A stretch of 63,702 bases of DNA, filler included, from Licmophora abbreviata (Eukaryota): assembly GCA_900291995.1 (NCBI GenBank). It is 8 parts of 8 records of this genome, joined end to end, with 100 filler letters (N's around TTAATTAATTAA, not from the genome) between each part and the next. Parts side by side here need not be neighbours in the genome. Positions count along the whole stretch, not along the records: positions 1 to 2,667 come from OLMU01000709.1; positions 2,768 to 17,341 come from OLMU01000710.1; 6 more parts are not named here. One strand, written 5' to 3'. The translations under genes and the position numbers were made by a program. The notes under the pieces are model-generated. The model saw nothing but the letters and a program-made list of their open reading frames with translations, had not been told where the DNA came from and made no database searches. Shown piece by piece: positions 1 through 9,799 of the stretch. Positions within the stretch are counted from its first letter, which is position 1, and each line of letters starts with the position of its first letter.

Positions 1-1
1 T

Positions 2-424
2 ACATCCCGAGGTTCCTCCGCACGATCCACCGTCATGTACTTGCAGGCACGCCCAAAAATTGTCGGGGAACTCGGCGTTGGACTGAACAGTGGAAGGAGC
101 CGTTCGGCACTCCATCGTGGGAATCAGCTGTGCCATGATCTTGGATTGGTCATCCGAAACGCAGATTCCAGCCCCGTCGGCTACTTCGCACCATACGCAC
201 GGATTGTTGTCGTCGTCGACAGTCTTGCCGTCCAGGCAAGAATCTTGTTTGAACGCCGTTAGAGCGCAAGCAAAGTCGTTCGAAAGCGGCGCGTCTTCGC
301 TGCTGCTGCTGCTGCTGCTGCTCACGGACCCACGCAGGATTGAAGTGGAGGTACCGGCAGGCAGCGTACAGGCCAAAGAGGAGAGCCAAAGGGCAACGGA
401 AACGAATTTCTGGGTCATCATCAT
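2..424 (-). CDS. Secreted Cys-rich protein, 5' part only (runs off the window edge; absent from the ORF track)
   Basis: Manual translation from ATG 424: MMMTQKFVSVALWLSSLACTLPAG (signal peptide), poly-Ser, then FACALTAFKQDSCLDGKTVDDDNNPCVWCEVADGAGICVS; no stop before position 1. Confidence 0.75.
   Translation of the reverse strand, partial: MMMTQKFVSVALWLSSLACTLPAGTSTSILRGSVSSSSSSSSEDAPLSNDFACALTAFKQDSCLDGKTVDDDNNPCVWCEVADGAGICVSDDQSKIMAQLIPTMECRTAPSTVQSNAEFPDNFWACLQVHDGGSCGGTSGC
299..322. repeat. (GCT/AGC)n trinucleotide repeat encoding a poly-Ser linker
   Basis: About 8 GCT units seen directly; in frame as AGC (Ser) in the 424-start minus-strand CDS. Confidence 0.85.
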
Positions 425-798
425 GGTCAGTGTCAAGTCGTGCCTCGAAAACTGATTCGAAATCGAGCTCAAGAGATTCTCATCGAATCTTACGTCAAAG
501 GTCTACGAATCTCTACATACGAAGACTTCAGTACTAAACGTACGTCAAGGCGTTTCAACGCATTCTCGGGACGAAGGAGCTCACCATAGGTCTCATGACA
601 CCGTGACTGTCTCGACTCGTTTCACACTCCCGAGATGGTCTAATCATACTACGTGCACCAGTGCCAGGTTCGTACTCTATCGAATCTTAGGTTTTCCATA
701 ATATGCTTTCAGTAGTCGCCACCATCTACCGACCAACAGTCCCATATGTACCGGTACGCACTACTTATATCATACAGGGCAGCCATAATCTTTCCCGT

Positions 799-2575
799 CT
801 ACACGAACGATCCACCCTTCAAGAAAGTCGTAATCATGTCCAGCGCAACCTCGGGCTGATCACTCGGGACCATATGTCCCGCATCATACACCTGAAGGAA
901 GGTGAATCCATTCGCCGATCGCGCCAAGCCCTGTCCCTTCCAGTCTTTCTCTCCTGCTGCCTGGAACTCAGTTGTATGATCCCACTCCAATCCATACGTC
1001 CACGCCCGATTGCCCATGTAGTTGCAAATGAAATCCACGTCACCAGCGTACATCAGGGCCGGAATTCCAGCATTCAGCAAGTCCGCAACAAAAGGCGAAA
1101 AGTCTTTCATCCAGTCTGTATGAAAGCGCAGGTTCACTCCCATGTTGCAGCTTTGCCAATGGGGAGACTCCTTGCTCACATGCAAAGCGTCCCTTGTACT
1201 CTGGGAGTTCAAAAACTTTTCAACGTGGGAGAAATCGTAACAAAGGGGAGAAGCACCGCACTATTGAAGAAAAAGAAGGGATGTAAGAACACGCCAATCG
1301 TAACAGCACTACACTGTTTGTGTTGTTGAAATACGACGTACCTCCTTTCGAATGTCGTAGGGATTCAGACCAGTCATTTGGTAGGGGCTGGTCAAACCCA
1401 TGTTACAAACGACAAAGGCAGATTGGCAGACAAAGTCATTGATTGCGCCGTCGCCCTTGTTGCACTGCTCGATGAGTGCTGTGCACTTGGGGACAACGTC
1501 CTTCATGGTATCGTACTCTTGTTCCGAGAAGACTTGAATGTGGTGGCTGTTGTTGAAGCCCATTTCAGGATAATATTGATATTGCACCTGAGGAGCCGTC
1601 AAGCCATTCCCCACAGCGACGCCGCTGAGTTTCAGTGGAATGGTGCCTTCGGCACTTTCTTGGTTCCCGCGCCAAACTCGGTGTGCAATGGCCGGTGCAT
1701 AGTGTCCTCCGTACGATTCACCGACAACATAGAGAGGACTTTCAGCGTACTCTGGATATTTCTGAAAGAAGGCCTGTAGGAAATAGTATGCGTCCTCGCT
1801 AATCATCTCCTCGTTGTAGTCTGTCTCGGCTCCGTACGAGTATCCTACGCCGGCTGGTTGGTCGAGCCACAGCATATGGGCAGATTCAGTCCACGAGTAG
1901 GGGTTAAGTTCTGTTGACTTGCCGTCTTTATTGACTGAACAAGGACCATTTTCCGTCAGCAGAGCCTAAGAATGAAAATTGAAGTAAGAAACGTTGTTGA
2001 TGAGAGAGAGTGAGAGAAGGAAAGACGTGGTGATCCATCATTCTTGAGTCGTGACTCTGTGTACGCACCAGGCTCGAGCTGCAACCCGGTCCACCCGTGA
2101 GCCACAAGACGAAGGGTACCACTTCGTCCTCTTCCACTGTGCGTTTCTCAAACATCCAAAAGAACAAGTTCTTGTCTTCTCCGTTCTCATCGTACTTGCT
2201 GCCTTTGACATTCATGTATCCGGACTTGCCCTTGGAGTCACAGATTGGGTCGTCGTCGTGTTCATCCAAGGAGTGAGACACGAGCGTAACGGCTTCCAAA
2301 AAGGATGGACTACTGCAATCACAAATTCCTTGCGGAACTTGGGTAGCCTGGTCGGGAGAGAGGCACTCGGAGGGAATCGCCTCACAGGTGCACCACTGAC
2401 ATGGAAGCTGTGAGTCCTCGTCGGTACTGCTGAAGCAGCTATCTTTCGTCTGTTCCAAATTGCAAGCCGAAGGATCCTGATCAATAAGGGATCCGGAACG
2501 AAGACTAGATGCCTCGGCAGACAGGGGAGCTGCCACAAGGCAGCTCAGAGCGAGAATGACGGCTCCAACCTTCAT
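799..2575 (-). CDS. Serine carboxypeptidase (peptidase S10), secreted/vacuolar; 3 exons
   Basis: Signal peptide; [22 protein letters not shown], catalytic [27 protein letters not shown] introns 1966-2068 and 1261-1341 join the three ORFs in frame. Confidence 0.95.
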
Positions 2576-2667
2576 GGTCGCGCATAGAAGAAGATCGAAA
2601 AGAAGTTTTGACTCTTTTGATTTTTGGCGGGAGCGTTGGGAGGTACGGAAGATCGTACTGGATCTCT

Positions 2668-2767
2668 NNNNNNNNNNNNNNNNNNNNNNNNNNNNNNNNN
2701 NNNNNNNNNNNTTAATTAATTAANNNNNNNNNNNNNNNNNNNNNNNNNNNNNNNNNNNNNNNNNNNN
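2668..2767. other. Artificial scaffold spacer N-TTAATTAATTAA-N; others at 17342-17441, 25677-25775, 41188-41287, 43046-43145, 47682-47781, 62469-62568
   Basis: Identical six-frame-stop linker embedded in N runs, seven times. Confidence 0.98.
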
Positions 2768-2945
2768 TGGGTGCCTGTCTTTCTCAGGTGCCTCCTATCT
2801 TCCAACGAGCAGATCAAGTCAACGGCTCCCGCGACTCCATCATCGCGCGTCTTTTTCCCAGAGGCATCGGACCGTCCCTCGGAACGAGCTCTCATCGTCG
2901 GAAGGTCATGACCATGAGGCAGCCTGGATACGAATTGGAGAAATT

Positions 2946-3494
2946 ATGACGTTGGAGACTCCCTGGTTCGCGTTATTGGGAGAGCGACTCGTGGACCATC
3001 GGCAACACACTTTGGACTATTGGCGGATCGACCGCGCCGATTCTGCCGTCGTGGTTGTTCGATACAACGACCAGCTGCTATTGTCGAAACCTCAGTATCG
3101 TCCTGGAGTGCAGCAGTCGACGCTGGATTTCTGTGGTGGGAGAGTTGATCCAAAGCGGTTCTCGAACAGTAGCGTGAAGGAGATAGGGCTGAATGTGGTC
3201 CCAAACATTGTCCAACGCGAACTGGGAATCCCAACAAGCAGTGTCGACGAGATTCGCTCTTTGAATACTGAGGATGAGTCTCTTACATCCAGCGCTGTTG
3301 GTTGGCCAGTTAATAGCTCCTTTTCGAACCAACGTCTATTGGGGTTTGTTTGCCGGATTCGTGATGACTCGACAGTCGACACTGAAAAATGTGTGAGCTA
3401 CCCAGACACTCCCGATGGAGCCCAAGCTATCCGGAATGACCTGCAGTGCCTTCAGTGCCGGGCTGTATTTCTAGAGTACTTGAACAAGTGGTAG
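2946..3494 (+). CDS. Nudix-fold hydrolase-like protein with degenerate Nudix box; N-terminus probably extends upstream toward the gap
   Basis: DYWRIDRADS, QYRPGV..TLDFCGGRV, RELGI, GWPVNSSFSNQ, LQCLQCRAVFLE; pattern of ADP-ribose-pyrophosphatase-like Nudix proteins. Confidence 0.7.
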   Translation: MTLETPWFALLGERLVDHRQHTLDYWRIDRADSAVVVVRYNDQLLLSKPQYRPGVQQSTLDFCGGRVDPKRFSNSSVKEIGLNVVPNIVQRELGIPTSSVDEIRSLNTEDESLTSSAVGWPVNSSFSNQRLLGFVCRIRDDSTVDTEKCVSYPDTPDGAQAIRNDLQCLQCRAVFLEYLNKW

Positions 3495-3915
3495 CCGGAT
3501 CGCTTGTGGTGCACCTCCTCGCGATGTCGTGGGGTCGGCCCTGCTCACGCAAACGAGACAACTGCTATCATGTGGTCAGACGCAAAGACCGATGACGGCG
3601 GCCGCGACGAGGGGGAGTGGTACGCTAGAGATGGGTTCCTTCTTGGCGCCGTGCCTGGTACCGATAGGATGACACTGCGCTGCGTGTGTTCGACGAGTTG
3701 CTCATCTACCGGTACCGGCACAGTCCACTATAATGCAGAGTCTGGCAACCCGTGATTGACTCTTGCCATCCACGACCCAGGTATGACTCGTGACCGGACT
3801 GATGACACGGTTTTTCTTTGCGGGTCGGGTCAACTTCAAATTTCAAGTTGCGAACAGAACGCCTGGTGTTCTCATAACGAAAGATACTCTTGAGCTTCAC
3901 TGTTATGTATCCACC

Positions 3916-4503
3916 ATGATCGCCAGATTTGCTACCGCACTTGCCTTTTTGACATCCTCGGTCTCTTCTTTTGTGCATCCTAGTAGGGGTTTGGCCCAAG
4001 CGGCGAGGATCAACATTGCTTTGTTCTCAACAACTAAGACTGTCTCTGGAACCGACTACGCCAATCAGATTGAAGCGCTGTCGAATCTGCTTGAGACCAC
4101 GAAAGATAGCATCGCTTCGTTGAAGGAAATGGCTAAGACGCTCAAGGAAATCGAGCTACAGGATCCTCATTTGTCGGATCTAGGCACCGGAACTGACGCC
4201 GAGGCCCTGCGCAAGGCGGTCGCCGAAGCGAAGGCAGCCTGTGATGCATTTGGCCACAGCAGCCCGGAGGCCATGCTGGCGTGGGATGAAGTTGATGCCG
4301 CGGCGGAGCATCATGCCAAGCAAGAATCGCATACCTCTTTTCGATATTCGGCTGCAGCCCTGAAGGCCCATCATTCATACGATGCAGTCGTGGATACCCA
4401 GCTTCTGTCCGATTCGATCTCAGCCCTCGACACGGTTGAAGCATTAGCGCACTTTGTGAGTGTGGAGCAGAAGCGTTTAGAAGAGAAGGGCTCATTCCAG
4501 TGA
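3916..4503 (+). CDS. Plastid-targeted CP12-domain protein
   Basis: Signal peptide ending VSS-FV plus transit peptide; AVAEAKAACDAFGHSSPEAMLAWDEVD matches the CP12 AWDxVEE core; flanking coiled coil. Confidence 0.75.
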   Translation: MIARFATALAFLTSSVSSFVHPSRGLAQAARINIALFSTTKTVSGTDYANQIEALSNLLETTKDSIASLKEMAKTLKEIELQDPHLSDLGTGTDAEALRKAVAEAKAACDAFGHSSPEAMLAWDEVDAAAEHHAKQESHTSFRYSAAALKAHHSYDAVVDTQLLSDSISALDTVEALAHFVSVEQKRLEEKGSFQ

Positions 4504-5050
4504 ATGAACAACGTTACATACAGCTGTTGTTTTGCTTGATACAAGACACTATTACGCAGGTACTCTCTAGGAGTAGGTGTACAGACTTCTAGATGCCAGT
4601 CAGTTCTTCAGTGATTCAAGTCTCTATTGACTTGAAGAGTCGCTCCGCGTGAGGAGGAGTAGAGTTCAAGCTTCCTGAGAGTTCAACAGACGATTGATAT
4701 TTGACAGTACGGCGGACGCCGTGCAGACTGTTGAACTCCGCGCGTGGGACTTGAGTTTCACGTAGCCATGACAGACGGCCCAGATTTCGGCTCTGATGAC
4801 CACACAAAATTTGAAACCGAAATTTCATCTCAAGGCGGCAAAGAGGCAAACCACACTGTCGCGGTGGCCAACAGCCCCTTCTTGTGGCATGAGACTGCTC
4901 GGTCTGACATTACTGGCACTGTCGGGGGCTTGGGGTACGTACTCAGAAGAGAACTAGTTCGATGTAGGAGAGATAATTCGAAAGATTGAGGAGATTTCCG
5001 GAGCAGTTCCCCGTCCATACTGGAGAACCGGAACCAGACCTTCTGTTGGC

Positions 5051-6249
5051 TTGCCGCTGTTCCCTATCTACTCCCGACCATGTGAAGAGGGAGGAAAGGA
5101 GCTCTCGTCAGCGTGCGCGACTGGTGCTCTCACTCACGTGTTGAAATTGCTCTTTCCTGGTGTTGCCTCAGGCTTCGCCCCGTCCCCTGCGCCATCTGGT
5201 CGTTTCGCAACAGCATTCAGGGTGGCCTCGAGAACAGCAGATGTCGCGGTTCATGCTAGCAATGCCAATGAACTGGTAAGTCCCCCGCTACGACATGTCT
5301 GCGTCTCCAGTTCAAATTGTGGTCATTTTTCTCACGCTTGCTTTACACTCGTTTTTGTTCGAAAGATCCCACTAAGACAAGGCTCGACGGTCGCACTCAT
5401 TACTCCGATGACATCCACTGGGGATATTGATGTTCCTGGGCTCCGAAAGCTGTTGCAGTTTCATGTCGAGGCTGGCACTGACAACTTTTGTATACTTGGA
5501 ACTACTGGAGAAGCCTCTGTCATGAGCATGGAAGAGCGTGCTTTGGTGCTTGCGACCGCAGTCGAGGAAGTCAAGGGGAGAGTTCCGATTATGGCGGGGA
5601 CCGGCACCATTAACCCCATTGCCGTCAAGGCCATGACACAGCAGGCGATTGACTTGGGATGTGATGCCTCGCTCGTGGCCTCTCCCTACTACGTCAAGCC
5701 ACCACAGCGTGGACTGGTTAAACACTTTAACACCATGGCCGATATGGGTCTGCCGGTCGTCATCTACAATATCCCGGGACGCGCGGCTATCGACATGAAG
5801 GATGAAAATATTGCCATTTGTGCTGAGCACGAGCATATAGTGGGACTCAAAGATGCTACGGGCGACCTAAGCCGAGTAGAGAGTATGCGCAATCTCGCTG
5901 GGAAGGAATTTCTGTTGTACAGCGGAGACGACAACACAAGCTTAGAGTTTGTCAGTCGGGGTGGAGATGGTTGCATTTCGGTAACAGCTAATCTCGTGCC
6001 GGATATCATGCACCGCATCATGAAGGCAGCACTAGCTGGCGAGACGAGCGAGGCACAAGCGTTAAACGACGAGATCAAAGACTGCACACGAAGCTATTTG
6101 TTGAAACGAGTCCCATCCCAGCAAAGTGGGCTTCGAAAAGAATTGGCATGATCGAGACTGCATACTGTCGTCCACCACTGGACGAACTGGATCCAGAGTT
6201 TGAGTCTGTCGTAGAGCAAGCCTTGAAGGAAGCGGGGCTTCTGAGCTAA
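5051..6249 (+). CDS. dapA: 4-hydroxy-tetrahydrodipicolinate synthase, plastid-targeted; 5' end uncertain; apparent 1-nt frameshift near 6079
   Basis: ALITPM, GTTGE, PYYVKP, IYNIPGR, catalytic GLKDATG, YSGDD, GCISVTAN; SGFAP presequence; intron ~5276-5365; C-terminus LFVETSPIPAKW..RPPL lies in another frame ending TAA 6249. Confidence 0.95.
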
Positions 6250-6369
6250 TAGAAGATCACTACTACAAAGTTACATACCATTTTGCCTTCTAACCGTATC
6301 TGCAGAGTGAAAGACAAAGATGTAGCCAAGTCCCAATCTTTCTGAACAATGAATGATTCAACAGCAGCT

Positions 6370-7664
6370 CTAGTCGATGATTGGCTTGTTAGGAAGAGGC
6401 TTCATTTCCACTCCATATTCATTGTGCTCATCGGCCGCCTGTAAAGGATGAGAGGAGGGGTGTCTGTGAGAGTGACGTCACATCGGAGGACAACGCCGAT
6501 CAACAGCCTTGGCTCCGCGCAACTTTGAGGCTTACATTGTATACATCTAGAGGACGAACGCCGGCACCGTAGACATCTCTCGTATGAACTGTCGGTTTGT
6601 CTGCCGGAACATCTTCTTCATAAATGGTCATGTCGACACGTTTCGTCACCGCGGCATTCGTCGTTTCCGGGCGCGGGGGAATGCCGGCGCCCTTCGTCTG
6701 GAATCCAACAGGCACGCCATTGTGAATATCGACTGAGATGCAGATATCGTTCGTTCTTCTCTTCCCGTCATCCTGCACCTCTTTCTCCCATTCCCCGTCT
6801 TCCCTCGCCGACCGAACAGCCTCCTCGACAATCCAGTCGGCCATTTCCAAGTACCTGTGAAGCACCAGGGACGAAAGAGTGCAATCAAACGTGAGGTTTT
6901 CTTCATCGAATGTGAATTTTTTTCTCTTGTCAGCTCGGTGCTGCACAAGCCGTTAAAGAATAAACGTACGCTCTGGCGTCTGTTTCTTTCAATGTGTGAA
7001 GTTCAGCGAGAAAGGCATGAAGCTTGTATTCTCGTGACTCCTTGTCTTGGACACGAATGAAGCCAGAACGAATAGCCTTCTTGGTCATCGGAATAATGAG
7101 CTTCTTAGGAGCAAGGAGGAGGGACGATCCACTGAAATGATTAGCCTGGCGCAGTCTTGTGGCCGAAATCTTGTAGGCTAAGCATAAGCCTTGCAGAGTG
7201 TCAGTAGGAAGCACGACATGCTCGACGTAATCAACTCCCAACACACCGACACAGGAGTTAAACGTTCCATCGGCAGAATCGATTGTCGATGATGAAAGGG
7301 TTCTCTGGATACGGAATGGGTGTGACAGATTTGTAGAGGAGTTGTCTAGCGACGTAAGGGAACGAACCGACTCGCCACGGGGTACAAAAATCGCCGCTCC
7401 GCCCAACGATCCCATGGAGACTCGATCTGACAAGAGTTCCCAGTCTTCGCCTCCATTCTCCTTCTCTTCTGTAGGAAACCGATCTACTTCCACATGCACT
7501 CCAGCCGCTGGGACCAGTTTCCATTCCCCCGTTTCCTTGTTCTGATACCAAACCATTCCTTGGGGAGCATCAGGCAATGGGTCACGGAGGTCACTGCAGT
7601 CTCCTGTCGGACTATGCCGTCGTATCTTCTGTATCTTCCAAGAAAACAATCCTCCTTCTGACAT
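6370..7664 (-). CDS. LysM-domain protein, intracellular; 3 exons
   Basis: EHVVLPTDTLQGLCLAYKISATRLRQANHF..KKLIIP is a LysM motif; introns ~6857-6966 and ~6440-6535; last exon ends KPIID*. Confidence 0.8.
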
Positions 7665-8669
7665 TTCGATTTTGGTAGAAGCAACAAGCGAAACTCAATT
7701 AACAAGACAGGCAAGGCGAAAAAGACACTGTTCCAATCACTGAACTGGCACAATGGCGCCATGATGCCACGACGAAAGCCGAGAGACCGGGACCTGAAAT
7801 TTTGAGTCCGGTTTAGCGGCATCACATTCATTACTTTCTATTCAAATGCGAATATTTATGTAATAAAACTCCCTTATAAAAATTTGTTAATTAAACTAAA
7901 TACATGGACTTATACCCTATAGAGTCCCAAGTGTTACCCCATAAGACTGAGCCTTCATCGTAGTAAGAGCCACTTTTCCTATATTTCTCGCTCGTTTATC
8001 GACAAGAGTCGCTTGCTAGACGATGACTGGAACAAGGTTAGTATGATGGACTTGTGGGCACGACGCAACAACCCTTATTGGGCCTGAGATCAAATTGAGG
8101 ACCTAACTAATAGTGCGTGGAAGGGCTGCCAGAAGTGGTGAAGATGGAATCTTGCGATCTGGGGAAGATTTGTGGTTGTCCTGGGCTTGCGTACTCATCA
8201 TTTTCGCTACCATAGGCGATAAGAATTGCCAATTCCAATCAACTCTGAGACGCAGCCATTGAGTGCCTCAATCCTGCACTCCTTCTTGCTTGCTTCTATC
8301 TTTTGTTTGCCCCTTGCAATCAAGCAACCGGTAGCTGGCAACTTTCCGATGCAGGTCAAAGCTCCAAAGGCATACAAGTATCATACTAAACATCTGAAAG
8401 GCTTGACTGGGAGGCCCGGGATGTACCTGGTACCGGTATTGCTGAATTGCTCCTTCCCATGAACCGCAGTTGAATGTTATTCATGACTCGAAACGGCATT
8501 ATGACGTCACCAGTGACTGGAGCGATACGTGGAGCGTTCGTCGATGGATTTGCTTCGCGCATCTTGAATCTCCTCTCATCTCTCTCACAGCCTCCAATCA
8601 CCACAAGTCATAACACTAGACTAAACACCGACGTATTTTCTAGAATCAATCTCCCTTTGCTCTCCAGCA

Positions 8670-9716
8670 ATGAGCCTGTTTCCCGATCCGCGGAGAAAAA
8701 GCTGCTCGCGCAGAATTCGAGCACCATGGACGATGCTCGTAATCGTAGCGTGCGTGCAGTTTTGTTTGGGCGCTAGCTTTCCCAATGGCGTCCTCCGTGC
8801 TCGATCTCAATTGAAGCATCGAGACAGCTGCAGGACTATGCGGCCGTCTACCCCTGTCTTATGCATGAAAGAGCGGGGGCAGAATTTACCGCGCTGGTCA
8901 CCATCGTATGTTCTGCCTCATGTGCGAGGAGGAGCCGTCTTGAAGGCGTCCTCAAGCGAGGCTGCAGACTCGCCAGCACGGCGGCAAAAACGAACTGTGG
9001 CCCTGTGGATTGTTGGCATAAGCGCTGTCGCATATTTCACCGTGGACAATTGGGCAGCCATCGCTACATTCTTTGATAAGGACCACTTGCAAGCCAGAAT
9101 TTTGAAGCTACTACATTCTGTGGAGGAACAGGGAGCGTACGGCGTTGTGCTTTACACTCTAGGCATGGCATTCTGGGAGATGTTGGGGATGTCCACCATT
9201 CCAGTGGAGACCGCCGCCGGCATGGCGTTTGGATTTCGGCGGGCCTTTATTGCAAGCGCTTTTGGGAAAGTTCTAGGTGCTGTGAGTGCCTATGTGCTGG
9301 GTAAGAGTGTTCTGAGCGACTTTGTACGGGCGAAGCTTCAGCATAACAAGGTTCTGAAGCTCGTGGATGGATCAGTTCAGACGCATCCTTTTCGAACTGC
9401 TATTCTGTTGAGATACAGCGTTTTCCCGGAGTTTGTCAAGAATGCGGGGGCCAGTCTCTTTTCTCCACTTCGGCCGTGGATGTTTGTTTTGAGTGTTGCT
9501 TTGCATGGATGGCTATACACTGCCGTATGGACGTATTTGGGTGTGGATGCAGCCCGACGGCTCGAAGAACCGCACGTCCCTGTGGATCGACTCTTGAAGT
9601 TTTGCGTCACCATGGCTACCTTCGTCGGAATGGTATTGACGCCTCTCATCATGGCATGGTGGATTCGAGACATGCAAGAGTCACAGCTCAATACGATCGA
9701 CCCGGAAGACAAGTAA
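8670..9716 (+). CDS. TVP38/TMEM64 (DedA/VTT, SNARE-associated) membrane protein
   Basis: TIPVETAAGMAFG..GKVLGAVSAYVLG..LLRYSVFPEFVKN; several hydrophobic helices. Confidence 0.85.
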   Translation: MSLFPDPRRKSCSRRIRAPWTMLVIVACVQFCLGASFPNGVLRARSQLKHRDSCRTMRPSTPVLCMKERGQNLPRWSPSYVLPHVRGGAVLKASSSEAADSPARRQKRTVALWIVGISAVAYFTVDNWAAIATFFDKDHLQARILKLLHSVEEQGAYGVVLYTLGMAFWEMLGMSTIPVETAAGMAFGFRRAFIASAFGKVLGAVSAYVLGKSVLSDFVRAKLQHNKVLKLVDGSVQTHPFRTAILLRYSVFPEFVKNAGASLFSPLRPWMFVLSVALHGWLYTAVWTYLGVDAARRLEEPHVPVDRLLKFCVTMATFVGMVLTPLIMAWWIRDMQESQLNTIDPEDK

Positions 9717-9799
9717 AACACTCTTCCACATAAAGTCACACTAGCTAACTTCGTAGACTTTCTTCCCAACCAAGTCCCAAACATCCCACGCTTCATAAC

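Noticed and set aside
150..389. Poly-Gln ORF in the track
   Set aside because: Wrong frame; the overlapping frame from ATG 424 gives a signal peptide and a recognisable Cys module
2712..2723. TTAATTAATTAA palindrome repeated seven times
   Set aside because: Always centred in N runs; an artificial six-frame-stop linker
4744..4989. Small ORF upstream of dapA
   Set aside because: No recognisable motif and no independent support for coding
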